Shown here in pieces: positions 1-7,082 of a stretch of 12,568 nt of DNA. The notes under the pieces are model-generated. The model saw only the letters and a list, made by a program, of their open reading frames with translations. It was not told where the DNA came from and made no database searches. Each line of letters begins with the position of its first letter. Positions within the stretch are counted from its first letter, which is position 1. A program made the translations under genes and the position numbers. The stretch comes from a bacterium (GTDB lineage Bacteria > Bacillota > Clostridia > Christensenellales > Aristaeellaceae), in the NCBI GenBank assembly GCA_963624325.1, contig CAVFPH010000056.1, positions 1 through 12,568 on the forward strand, in the 5' to 3' direction.

Positions 1-1691
1 TGCTCATACATCACCCACATGATTTTGCCGGCATCCATGGCGCTGCCGCCGCCCAGGGCGATGATGCAGTCGGGGGCAAAATCGGTCATCTGCTTGGCAC
101 CGGCCTTGGCGCAGGCCAGGGTGGGATCGGGCGCGACATCGAAGAACGTGGTGTGCTGAATGCCCATTTCGTCCAGCTTATCGGTAATCGGCTTGGTATA
201 GCCGTTGTGATACAGGAAGGAGTCGGTTACGATAAAGGCCTTCTTCTTGCCCATGACATTTTTGAGCTCACTGAGCGCTACCGGCAGGCAGCCCTTCTTC
301 AGATACACCTTTTCCGGTGCGCGGAACCACAGCATATTCTCCCTCCGTTCGGCCACGGTTTTGATGTTGAGCAGGTGCTTGACGCCCACGTTTTCGGATA
401 CGGAGTTGCCGCCCCAGGAGCCGCAGCCCAGTGTCAGGGAGGGCGTAAGCTTAAAGTTGTACAGATCGCCGATACCGCCCTGGGAGGCCGGGGTGTTTAC
501 CAGAATGCGGCAGGTTTTCATGCGGGCGGCAAACTCATCCAGCTTGGCCTGCTCGGTGATAGTATTTAGATAAATGGAGGAGGTATGGCCGAAACCGCCG
601 TCGGCGATCAGGCGCTCTGCCTTATCGAAGGCATCCCGGATATCCGATGCGCGGTACATGGCCAGCACGGGGGACAGTTTTTCATGGGCGAATTCCTCGC
701 TCAGATCCACGCTGGTAACCTCGCCGATCAGAATCTTGGTGGTTTCGGGCACGGTAATCCCGGCCAGCTCGGCAATTTTGACCGCACGCTGACCGACGAT
801 CTTGGCGTTAAGCGCGCCGTTGATCAGGATGGTTTTGCGCACCCGTTCGGTTTCCTCGGGGTTCAGAAAATAGCAGCCGCGGGCGGCAAACTCCGCCTTT
901 ACGGTGTCGTATATTTTGTCCAGCACGATGACCGACTGCTCGGAAGCACAGATCATGCCGTTGTCAAAGGTTTTGGAATGAATGATGGAGTTGACGGCCA
1001 GTACCGGATCGGCGGTATCGTCGATAATGGCCGGGGTGTTGCCTGCGCCTACGCCCAGAGCAGGTTTTCCGCTGGAATAGGCGGCATGCACCATGCCGGG
1101 GCCACCGGTAGCCAGAATGATATCGGCTTCCTTCATCAGCAGGTTGGTCATTTCCAGTGAAGGAATATCAATCCACGCGATGATATCCTCGGGAGCGCCC
1201 GCGGCCACGGCTGCCTCCAGCACCACCTTGGCGGCGGCAATGGTGGATTTCTTGGCGCGCGGATGGGGGCTGATAATGATGCCGTTGCGGGTTTTCAGGG
1301 AAATCAGGGTTTTGAAAATGGCGGTGGAGGTGGGATTGGTGGTGGGGATTACGGCGGCGATTACGCCGATGGGCTCGGCGATTTTGCGGATGCCGTAGGC
1401 CTTGTCCTCCTCGATGACGCCGCAGGTTTTGGTGTCCTTGTAGGCATTATAAATATATTCGGCGGCATAGTGGTTTTTGATCACCTTATCCTCCACCACG
1501 CCCATGCCGGTTTCTTCCACAGCTAATTTGGCTAGCGGAATGCGCTGCTGATTGGCAGCGGTGGCAGCTGCCAGAAAAATGTGATCCACCTGCTCCTGCG
1601 TATAGGACGCAAACTGTTTTTGCGCCGCGCGTACGCGGGCAATGGCTGCCTCCAGCTTTTCTACGCTGTCGACAATTTCATAATTCTTCAT
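1..1691 (-). CDS. adhE: Bifunctional acetaldehyde-CoA/alcohol dehydrogenase AdhE. The N-terminus is complete and the C-terminal ~300 aa lie beyond the left window edge.
   Basis: Hand translation of the minus strand from ATG (complement of 1689-1691) gives MKNYEIVDSVEKLEAAIARVRAAQKQFASYTQEQVDHIF...AEPIGVIAAVIPTTNPTSTAIFK...FDNGMICASEQS (catalytic Cys, codon 248, nt 948-950)...NIKTVAERRENMLWFRAPEKVYLKKG linker...IIALGGGSAMDAGKIMWVMYE (start of the Fe-ADH domain). The frame is open for 563 codons to position 3. RBS GAAGGAG lies just upstream of the ATG. The ORF is missing from the track because no stop lies inside the window. Confidence 0.9.
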   Translation of the reverse strand, partial: MKNYEIVDSVEKLEAAIARVRAAQKQFASYTQEQVDHIFLAAATAANQQRIPLAKLAVEETGMGVVEDKVIKNHYAAEYIYNAYKDTKTCGVIEEDKAYGIRKIAEPIGVIAAVIPTTNPTSTAIFKTLISLKTRNGIIISPHPRAKKSTIAAAKVVLEAAVAAGAPEDIIAWIDIPSLEMTNLLMKEADIILATGGPGMVHAAYSSGKPALGVGAGNTPAIIDDTADPVLAVNSIIHSKTFDNGMICASEQSVIVLDKIYDTVKAEFAARGCYFLNPEETERVRKTILINGALNAKIVGQRAVKIAELAGITVPETTKILIGEVTSVDLSEEFAHEKLSPVLAMYRASDIRDAFDKAERLIADGGFGHTSSIYLNTITEQAKLDEFAARMKTCRILVNTPASQGGIGDLYNFKLTPSLTLGCGSWGGNSVSENVGVKHLLNIKTVAERRENMLWFRAPEKVYLKKGCLPVALSELKNVMGKKKAFIVTDSFLYHNGYTKPITDKLDEMGIQHTTFFDVAPDPTLACAKAGAKQMTDFAPDCIIALGGGSAMDAGKIMWVMYE

Positions 1692-1758
1692 ACCGTTCAC
1701 TCCTTCGTTCCTTCGCTTCCCGGAAGCAGACACGGCTCTCTTCATGAGAACCGCCGTA

Positions 1759-1764
1759 ATTATA
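1759..1764 (-). promoter_or_regulatory. Candidate -10 box (TATAAT on the minus strand) for adhE
   Basis: A perfect TATAAT hexamer lies ~65 nt upstream of the adhE ATG. I found no convincing -35 at 16-18 nt spacing (TTCCGC at 17 nt). Confidence 0.25.
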
Positions 1765-1876
1765 AGGGAATTCGGACAAAAGCGGAACTGCAAGATTGAT
1801 ATATCTGCATTGTCATTATCGATATACAATAATCGATTGGTAAAATAATATCAGATATTGACAAACATTGCGAAAT

Positions 1877-2803
1877 TTATTGCTCCAGATACCGGTTGCG
1901 TGCCTTGTAAAGCTCGGCGATAAAATCCCGATCCAGCTCGGTCAGCTTGTAATCCTTGCGGTAAATCAGCATATCCCGATACAGCCTTTGGTTTTCCGAG
2001 CAGGCACGCTGCACCAGGTTGTAGCGCGCAAGCGTCTCATCGGGCGCAGGAGATACCCACATAAATGTTTCGGGGTTCTGCTGCAAAAGGTCATACTGGC
2101 TGGCACGCTCGAACACAAAGATGCGGCGATCCATATCCTCGGGCAGCTCCTCTTTTTTGACGGTGGACAGCGGGAGGGAGGGGACGTAGGGATCGGCATG
2201 GGCAATTTCGATGTAGGGGCGAAGATCTTGGAAGGCAATGGTCTCCTTTTCGGCCAGTCGGTGCTCGCGGCTCATGAGCAAAACATAATGGAATTCCCCC
2301 ACCAGTTCGCCTGTCAGCCCTTTCTCATCCAGCATTTCCTTAAAGTACCGCTCGTAGTTGGAGGCATAGCGCAGGATTCCCAGCTTGTAGTCAGCCGTAA
2401 GAATATTGCGGATTACACGCATGGCGTTGGTTTCTTTGTAGAAGATTTCGGCACGTTCGGGGCCGAGATGCCTGGAAAAACTTGCAAAGGCGGCTGAAAT
2501 ATAGCCTGCACGGGGCACGGAGATGGAAAAACGCTGGCGTACAGGCGCACCGGTCTTGTAAATTGCCTCCACCTCGTCGATTTGCTGGAGGATTTTGCGC
2601 GCGTAGCCTAAAAACTCCTCCCCTTCCGGGGTCACATAAACACCCTTTGCGCTGCGCCCGAAAATGGTAATGCCCAGCGACCCTTCCAGATCCTTGATGG
2701 CGCGGCTGAGGTTTGGCTGATTCATGTACAGGGTCTCGGCCGCCTTGCTCAGCGACCCGGCCTTTGCCACCTCAACGGCATATTTCAAATGCAGGATGTT
2801 CAT
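1877..2803 (-). CDS. LysR-family transcriptional regulator (LTTR)
   Basis: 308 aa. The N-terminus MNILHLKYAVEVAKAGSLSKAAETLYMNQPNLSRAIKDLEGSLGITIFGRSAKGVYVTPEGEEFL is a typical LTTR winged-HTH, and the ~200-aa remainder has the length of a periplasmic-binding-protein-like effector domain. RBS AAAGGGGG (complement of 2811-2818) sits 7 nt from the ATG. Confidence 0.85.
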   Translation of the reverse strand: MNILHLKYAVEVAKAGSLSKAAETLYMNQPNLSRAIKDLEGSLGITIFGRSAKGVYVTPEGEEFLGYARKILQQIDEVEAIYKTGAPVRQRFSISVPRAGYISAAFASFSRHLGPERAEIFYKETNAMRVIRNILTADYKLGILRYASNYERYFKEMLDEKGLTGELVGEFHYVLLMSREHRLAEKETIAFQDLRPYIEIAHADPYVPSLPLSTVKKEELPEDMDRRIFVFERASQYDLLQQNPETFMWVSPAPDETLARYNLVQRACSENQRLYRDMLIYRKDYKLTELDRDFIAELYKARNRYLEQ

Positions 2804-2852
2804 TCGGTTTCCCCCTTTGCATTCGCTTCATCCAATAAATGCATACTCTGTT

Positions 2853-2860
2853 ATTATACA
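2853..2860 (-). promoter_or_regulatory. Candidate extended -10 promoter (TGTATAAT) for the LysR-family gene
   Basis: The minus strand reads ...GGTTTTTATTGTATAATAACAGAG..., which contains TGnTATAAT ~50 nt upstream of the LysR ATG. A weak -35 (TAGTCA, 4/6) lies at 17 nt and overlaps the upstream terminator stem. Confidence 0.4.
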
Positions 2861-2861
2861 A

Positions 2862-2896
2862 TAAAAACCGCCGCCTGACTACCCGCGCAGACGGCG
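2862..2896 (-). terminator. Rho-independent terminator of the MATE gene
   Basis: The minus strand reads CGCCGTCTG-cgcgggtagt-CAGGCGGCG followed by GTTTTTAT. This is a 9-bp GC-rich stem with one mismatch (2869-2877 pairs with 2888-2896), a 10-nt loop and a T-run, 36 nt downstream of the MATE stop codon. Confidence 0.6.
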
Positions 2897-2931
2897 ATAT
2901 GGAATTTTCGAAGGATGAATGCGGCAGTGCC

Positions 2932-4266
2932 TTATTCCGCCGCTTGCTTTTTGAAGGTGCGGCGATAAAACATCAGGGACAGTACCGTTCCTGCGCACCA
3001 GCCGATCGGCCATGCGCTCCAGATGCCAAGTGCGCCCAGCTCTTTCGACAGCAGAATCGCCAGCACCACGCGCAGTGTCAGGTCTGTCAGGGTGCTGATT
3101 GTAAAGGAGCCCATCCGCTCTGCTCCGCGCAGAAAGCCGTCGGCAACCATTTTAACGGAAACAATAAAGTAAAAAGGCGAAACAATGCGAAGCAGCTGCA
3201 GCCCGCTTTCCACGGCCAGGGCGGAGGGGGCGTCCATAAAGAAGCGGATTAATCCCTCGCCAAACAGCAGATAAAGCCCCGCCAGCGGTACGCACAGCAT
3301 CCATACCATCTTGATTCCGGCGCGAAAGCCCGCATGGACGCGGTCAAGCTTGCCCGCACCGATATTTTGCCCTGTATAGTTGGATATGCCGTTGCACAGT
3401 GTCGTAAAGGAGGTAATTACCAGGTTGTTCAGCTTAATCGAGGCTGAATATCCCGCCATAACACTTGCTCCGAATCCGTTGACAACGCTTTGGATGATGA
3501 TGTTGCCAACCGAAATGAAGCTTTGCTGCAGCGTGCTGGGCAGGGCGATGCGGATAATCTCCTTGAGAATGCGCGGGGAAAATACACGCGCGTGCTTGCC
3601 GTCGGTATGGACTTTGCGCAGCCTGCGCATGACGAAAAACAGTGCCAGCATGCAGCTGACCCCCTGGCAGATAAAGGTTGCCCAGGCAACACCCGCCACG
3701 CCCATCCGAAACGCGGTAACAAACAGGATATCCATGCCGATGTTGGACAGGGAGGAGCAGGCCAGGAAGATGAAGGGAGTCTTTGAATCTCCCATGGCCG
3801 AAAAAATGCCCTCCGATATGTTGTAGAAAAACACAAAAGGCAGTCCGCAAATGTAAATATCCAGATAGAGCGCGGAGTCGTCCAGAATGTTTTCGGGCGT
3901 TTTGATCAGCCGAAGCAGGGGACGCTGAAGGATCAACCCCAACAGCATCAGAAACGCGCACAGCGCACCGCTGAACAGCAGGGTGGTATGCACGGCGGTT
4001 TTCATATCGGCATACTGCTTTGCGCCGAAGTATCGGGATACCACCACCGAACAGCCGATATTGCAGCCAAAGGCGAAGGCAATGAAAATCAGCGTAATTT
4101 CATAGCTGTTGCCCACGGCCGCCAATGCGTTTTCACCGATGAATTTGCCGGCTACAAAGCTGTCGGCAATATTGTACAGCTGCTGAAAAATAACGCTGCC
4201 GAACAGCGGCAGGCAGAAGCTCCACAGAACCCGCTCGGGCTTTCCTACGGTTAAATCCTTGTTCAC
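2932..4266 (-). CDS. MATE-family (multidrug and toxic compound extrusion) efflux transporter
   Basis: 444 aa and very hydrophobic, with about 12 predicted TM segments. The N-terminal signature LWSFCLPLFGSVIFQQLYNIADSFVAGKFIGENALAAVG is typical of MATE/MurJ-superfamily exporters. The start is GTG (complement of 4264-4266) with RBS GGAGGG 9 nt upstream. Confidence 0.85.
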   Translation of the reverse strand: MNKDLTVGKPERVLWSFCLPLFGSVIFQQLYNIADSFVAGKFIGENALAAVGNSYEITLIFIAFAFGCNIGCSVVVSRYFGAKQYADMKTAVHTTLLFSGALCAFLMLLGLILQRPLLRLIKTPENILDDSALYLDIYICGLPFVFFYNISEGIFSAMGDSKTPFIFLACSSLSNIGMDILFVTAFRMGVAGVAWATFICQGVSCMLALFFVMRRLRKVHTDGKHARVFSPRILKEIIRIALPSTLQQSFISVGNIIIQSVVNGFGASVMAGYSASIKLNNLVITSFTTLCNGISNYTGQNIGAGKLDRVHAGFRAGIKMVWMLCVPLAGLYLLFGEGLIRFFMDAPSALAVESGLQLLRIVSPFYFIVSVKMVADGFLRGAERMGSFTISTLTDLTLRVVLAILLSKELGALGIWSAWPIGWCAGTVLSLMFYRRTFKKQAAE

Positions 4267-4452
4267 GGCGTACTGCCCTCCTTTTGCTGCAATCCGTGCA
4301 GCGGGCTCAGTATACTACCGATTTGAACACAGAAGACATATCACAATAGATATGATGCTATGTGAAATCGGCATAGCTCGGTGCGCGATACACAGCCTGC
4401 TTGCTCAAGATTACTGTCGCCTTTGCGCCGCCGCGTTAAAATACGCAGTTTG

Positions 4453-4484
4453 TTTACAAAAAGTAAATATTTCCCTGCTATAAT
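4453..4484 (+). promoter_or_regulatory. Candidate promoter for ftsH (extended -10 TGcTATAAT)
   Basis: TGCTATAAT lies at 4476-4484. The best -35-like hexamer, TTTACA at 4453-4458, has a non-optimal 20-nt spacer, so the call relies on the extended -10. It would give a leader of ~105 nt. Confidence 0.4.
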
Positions 4485-4490
4485 TACCCA

Positions 4491-4539
4491 CCGGCAGGGA
4501 CGAAAGGCACATGCTGCCGTATGTGATTTTCCCTGCCGG
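4491..4539 (+). other. Predicted stem-loop in the ftsH 5' leader
   Basis: Perfect 10-bp inverted repeat CCGGCAGGGA (4491-4500) / TCCCTGCCGG (4530-4539), enclosing a nested 5-bp pair CACAT (4508-4512) / ATGTG (4521-4525). No T-run follows on either strand, so it is not a terminator. Confidence 0.4.
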
Positions 4540-4597
4540 CTGCAAATCCGCGTTTCCCGCCGAAGAGGCGTAATTTTACGGAAAAGGAGAGAGACGG

Positions 4598-6430
4598 ATG
4601 AAAGAAGTCAAATCACCCAAGAAGCCGCTGCTGTTTTATTATGGCATTACTTTGCTGGTGATTCTGCTGTTCAATTTTATTGTTATGCCCCTGCTGTCGC
4701 AGGAGGAGGTTGTCACGGAGGTGGATTACAGCACCTTCATGCGCATGATTGAAGAAAAGCAGATCGGCAAGGTACAGGTGGGCAGCGATCAGATTCTCTT
4801 TACGGACAAGGATAATCAGAATATCTATGCCACCGGTGCCATGGAGGATGCGACCCTGACGCAGCGGCTCTATGACTGCGGCGCCGCCTTTACCAAGGAA
4901 ATCGAGCAGGCGGATACCTCAATCTGGAGTTCGCTTTTGTCTTACCTGCTGCCGATCCTGATCTTTGCTGCGCTGGGACGCTTCATGTCCAAACGGTTGA
5001 TGGAACAGGCGGGCGGCAAGAATGCCATGTCCTTCGGCATGGGAAAGAGCAATGCCCGCGTATACGTGCAGTCCACGCAGGGCATCCGCTTCAGCGATGT
5101 GGCAGGCGAAGATGAGGCCAAGGAGAACCTGGCCGAGATCGTCGATTATCTGCACAACCCGCAAAAGTACACCGAGGCCGGTGCCTCCATGCCTAAAGGC
5201 CTTCTGCTTGTAGGACCTCCGGGCACGGGCAAAACCATGCTGGCGCGCGCGGTTGCCGGCGAAGCGAATGTGCCCTTCTTCTCCATTTCGGGCTCCGAAT
5301 TCGTTGAAATGTTTGTGGGCATGGGCGCATCCAAGGTGCGTGATCTGTTCAGGCAGGCCAAGGAAAAGGCACCCTGCATCGTTTTTATCGATGAAATCGA
5401 TGCCATCGGCCAAAAGCGCAGCGGCGGCACGATGGGCGGAAACGATGAGCGTGAGCAGACCCTGAACCAGCTGCTTACCGAGATGGACGGCTTTGAGGGC
5501 AACACGGGCGTGATCATCCTGGCAGCCACCAACCGCCCCGAATCGCTGGATCCCGCCCTGACGCGTCCCGGACGTTTTGACCGCCGCATCCCCGTGGAAC
5601 TGCCCGATCTTGCAGGCCGCGAAGCCATTTTGAAGGTGCATGCCCGCAAAATCAAGACGGATGCCGATGTTGACTTTCACGTGATTGCCCGCATGGCAGC
5701 CGGTGCTTCGGGCGCTGAGCTGGCAAACATCGTAAATGAAGCGGCCCTGCGTGCCGTGCGCAGCGGGCGTACCGTTGTCAATCAGGCAGACCTGGAAGAG
5801 AGCATTGAAACGGTTATCGCAGGCTATCAGAAGAAAAACGCCGTGCTTTCCGATTCCGAAAAGCGGGTGGTGGCCTATCACGAAATCGGCCATGCGCTGG
5901 TTGCGGCCCTGCAAAGCCATTCCGCACCGGTGCAGAAGATTACCATCATTCCCCGCACATCGGGCGCATTGGGCTACACCATGCAGGTGGATACGGGCGA
6001 CAAATACCTGATGACCAAGCAGGAAATCGAAAACAAGATTGCCACCCTGACGGGCGGACGCGCCGCCGAAGAGCTGGCCTTTGGCGAAATCACCACGGGC
6101 GCTTCCAATGATATTGAGCAGGCCACAAAGCTTGCCCGCGCCATGATTACCCGCTACGGCATGAGCAAGGACTTTGACATGGTTGCCATGGAGACGGTTT
6201 CCAACCAGTATCTGGGCGGAGATACCTCCCTTGCCTGCTCTGCGGATACGCAAAAGGAAATCGACAAAAAAGTGGTGGAAACCGTGCGGACGCAGCACGA
6301 AAAAGCCCTTCAAATCCTGACCGACAATCGTCAGAAGCTGGATGAATTGGCCACCTTCCTGTATGAGAAGGAGACCATCACGGGCGATGAGTTTATGGCG
6401 ATTTTGAACAAAGGGGGCAGCGAAAAATGA
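4598..6430 (+). CDS. ftsH: ATP-dependent zinc metalloprotease FtsH
   Basis: 610 aa with two N-terminal TM segments. It has Walker A GPPGTGKT (5213-5236), Walker [10 protein letters not shown], the second region of homology [19 protein letters not shown], and the zinc motif HEIGH (5879-5893). RBS AAGGAGAG sits upstream of the ATG at 4598. Confidence 0.95.
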   Translation: MKEVKSPKKPLLFYYGITLLVILLFNFIVMPLLSQEEVVTEVDYSTFMRMIEEKQIGKVQVGSDQILFTDKDNQNIYATGAMEDATLTQRLYDCGAAFTKEIEQADTSIWSSLLSYLLPILIFAALGRFMSKRLMEQAGGKNAMSFGMGKSNARVYVQSTQGIRFSDVAGEDEAKENLAEIVDYLHNPQKYTEAGASMPKGLLLVGPPGTGKTMLARAVAGEANVPFFSISGSEFVEMFVGMGASKVRDLFRQAKEKAPCIVFIDEIDAIGQKRSGGTMGGNDEREQTLNQLLTEMDGFEGNTGVIILAATNRPESLDPALTRPGRFDRRIPVELPDLAGREAILKVHARKIKTDADVDFHVIARMAAGASGAELANIVNEAALRAVRSGRTVVNQADLEESIETVIAGYQKKNAVLSDSEKRVVAYHEIGHALVAALQSHSAPVQKITIIPRTSGALGYTMQVDTGDKYLMTKQEIENKIATLTGGRAAEELAFGEITTGASNDIEQATKLARAMITRYGMSKDFDMVAMETVSNQYLGGDTSLACSADTQKEIDKKVVETVRTQHEKALQILTDNRQKLDELATFLYEKETITGDEFMAILNKGGSEK

Positions 6431-6969
6431 ACAGACGCTCCGGATTTGGATGGATCGATTTTGCCGAGGGCGTGCTGCTGATCGGCCTTGGCGTTTTCAC
6501 CCTGACGCAGCCTGAACAGGTGCTTACCGGCTTTATCATTCTGTACGGCATCATCGCGCTGATCATGGGCGTAGCGGACATCCTGCTGTATTTGCGCATG
6601 GAGCGCTACACATACTTTGGCCCCATTGTTTCCCTGATCACGGGCACGCTGAACGTCATGGTAGGCATTACGCTGCTTGTGAATCCCAATGCCGGCAAAT
6701 GGGTGCTTGAATTGCTTTTCCCGCTGTGGTTTATTGCGCACTGCGTGTCCAGAATCGCCGGGCTGAATACCCTGCGCATGCTGACCGGCCGTTTTACCTA
6801 TTGTTTTACCCTGGTGATGAACCTGCTGGGGCTGGTGCTTGGCACGATGATGCTGATTGACCCCGTACTGTCCTGGATTTCCCTGCGCATCCTGGCCGCG
6901 ATTTATCTGATCCTGCTGGGTATTGACTGCATCGTGATTGCATTTAGCAAAATCGGATCAAAATTCTGA
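6427..6969 (+). CDS. DUF308/HdeD-like polytopic membrane protein
   Basis: 180 aa with about six hydrophobic helices in a repeating pattern (GVLLIGLGVFTLTQP..., GFIILYGIIALIMGVADILLY..., LLGLVLGTMMLIDP..., ILAAIYLILLGIDCIVIAF) that resembles DUF308 repeats. The ATG at 6427 overlaps the ftsH TGA (ATGA). RBS AAGGGGG at 6411-6417 lies inside the ftsH 3' end. Confidence 0.6.
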   Translation: MNRRSGFGWIDFAEGVLLIGLGVFTLTQPEQVLTGFIILYGIIALIMGVADILLYLRMERYTYFGPIVSLITGTLNVMVGITLLVNPNAGKWVLELLFPLWFIAHCVSRIAGLNTLRMLTGRFTYCFTLVMNLLGLVLGTMMLIDPVLSWISLRILAAIYLILLGIDCIVIAFSKIGSKF

Positions 6970-6980
6970 AAAGCGGGTGT

Positions 6981-7007
6981 TCAAAATACGTCAAAATACG
7001 TATTTTG
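6981..7007. repeat. Tandem decamer TCAAAATACG x2 that creates a perfect 16-bp palindrome CAAAATACGTATTTTG
   Basis: Direct repeat copies lie at 6981-6990 and 6991-7000. The second copy plus the following TATTTTG forms the palindrome at 6992-7007. It lies between the DUF308 stop (6969) and the -35 box of the peptidase promoter (7021). Confidence 0.9.
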
Positions 7008-7020
7008 GGCACCTGTTTAT

Positions 7021-7049
7021 TTGCAATCCACCCTCCTTTGTGGTATGAT
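7021..7049 (+). promoter_or_regulatory. Candidate SigA-type promoter for the M16C peptidase gene
   Basis: TTGCAA (7021-7026), a 17-nt spacer, then TGgTATGAT (extended -10; hexamer at 7044-7049). It lies ~35 nt upstream of the ATG at 7083 and inside the ORF-track N-terminal extension. Confidence 0.5.
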
Positions 7050-7082
7050 AATTTACATCTCACGAAAGAGGGGGAGAAACGT

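Noticed and set aside
1715-1727. GCTTCC-c-GGAAGC palindrome in the adhE leader
   Set aside because: The loop is too small for a full RNA hairpin, and the element is short enough to arise by chance in GC-rich sequence. I can attach no functional inference to it.
153-1799. Plus-strand ORFs 153-569, 247-573, 574-792, 585-1160, 1093-1398, 1263-1526 and 1581-1799
   Set aside because: All lie antisense to the hand-translated adhE frame, which is open for 563 codons and carries ALDH and Fe-ADH motifs. The plus-strand products have no recognisable features.
1809-1830. Possible Rex (redox repressor) operator upstream of adhE: TTGTCAT-tatcga-TATACAA
   Set aside because: It shares the TTGT...ACAA ends with the Rex consensus as I recall it (TTGTGAA-N4-TTCACAA, 18 bp). 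However, the spacing is 2 bp too long and the inner half-site positions match poorly. I kept it only as part of the general adhE upstream observation.
1868-2670. Plus-strand ORFs 1868-2497 and 2482-2670, and the minus-strand off-frame ORF 1966-2238, overlapping the LysR gene
   Set aside because: They are antisense or out of frame relative to the LTTR, whose winged-HTH N-terminus is clear. There is no independent support for them.
2839-4254. ORFs overlapping the MATE gene (2839-3252, 3380-3826, 3490-3786 and 3988-4254 on the plus strand; 3429-3836 and 3434-3961 off-frame on the minus strand)
   Set aside because: The MATE frame encodes a coherent 12-TM hydrophobic protein. The alternatives are hydrophilic, Arg/His/Cys-rich junk translations.
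4259-4752. 74-aa and 123-aa plus-strand ORFs in the MATE/ftsH divergent intergenic region
   Set aside because: They have no RBS and overlap the candidate promoter and the structured leader. The second ORF reads into ftsH out of frame. Their composition is Arg/Cys-rich and atypical of real proteins in this window.
4919-6313. 464-aa minus-strand ORF (plus 5146-5655, 5022-5213, 5253-5465 and 5736-6011) inside ftsH
   Set aside because: These are antisense or off-frame to a textbook FtsH. Their sequences are Gly/Ala/His/Arg-rich with no domain signatures, so they are compositional artefacts.
6992-7007. The 16-bp palindrome as the intrinsic terminator of the ftsH-DUF308 operon
   Set aside because: The stem would be AT-rich with a minimal loop, and GGGCACC follows rather than a U-tract. 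Terminator function is possible but weakly supported, so I reported it as a repeat/candidate operator instead.
7005-7082. 26-codon N-terminal extension of the M16C ORF (TTG start at 7005)
   Set aside because: It contains the candidate promoter (7021-7049) and the RBS for ATG 7083. The sequence from 7083 starts with a canonical signal peptide, which would not function if buried behind MGTCLFAIHPPLWYDNLHLTKEGEKR.
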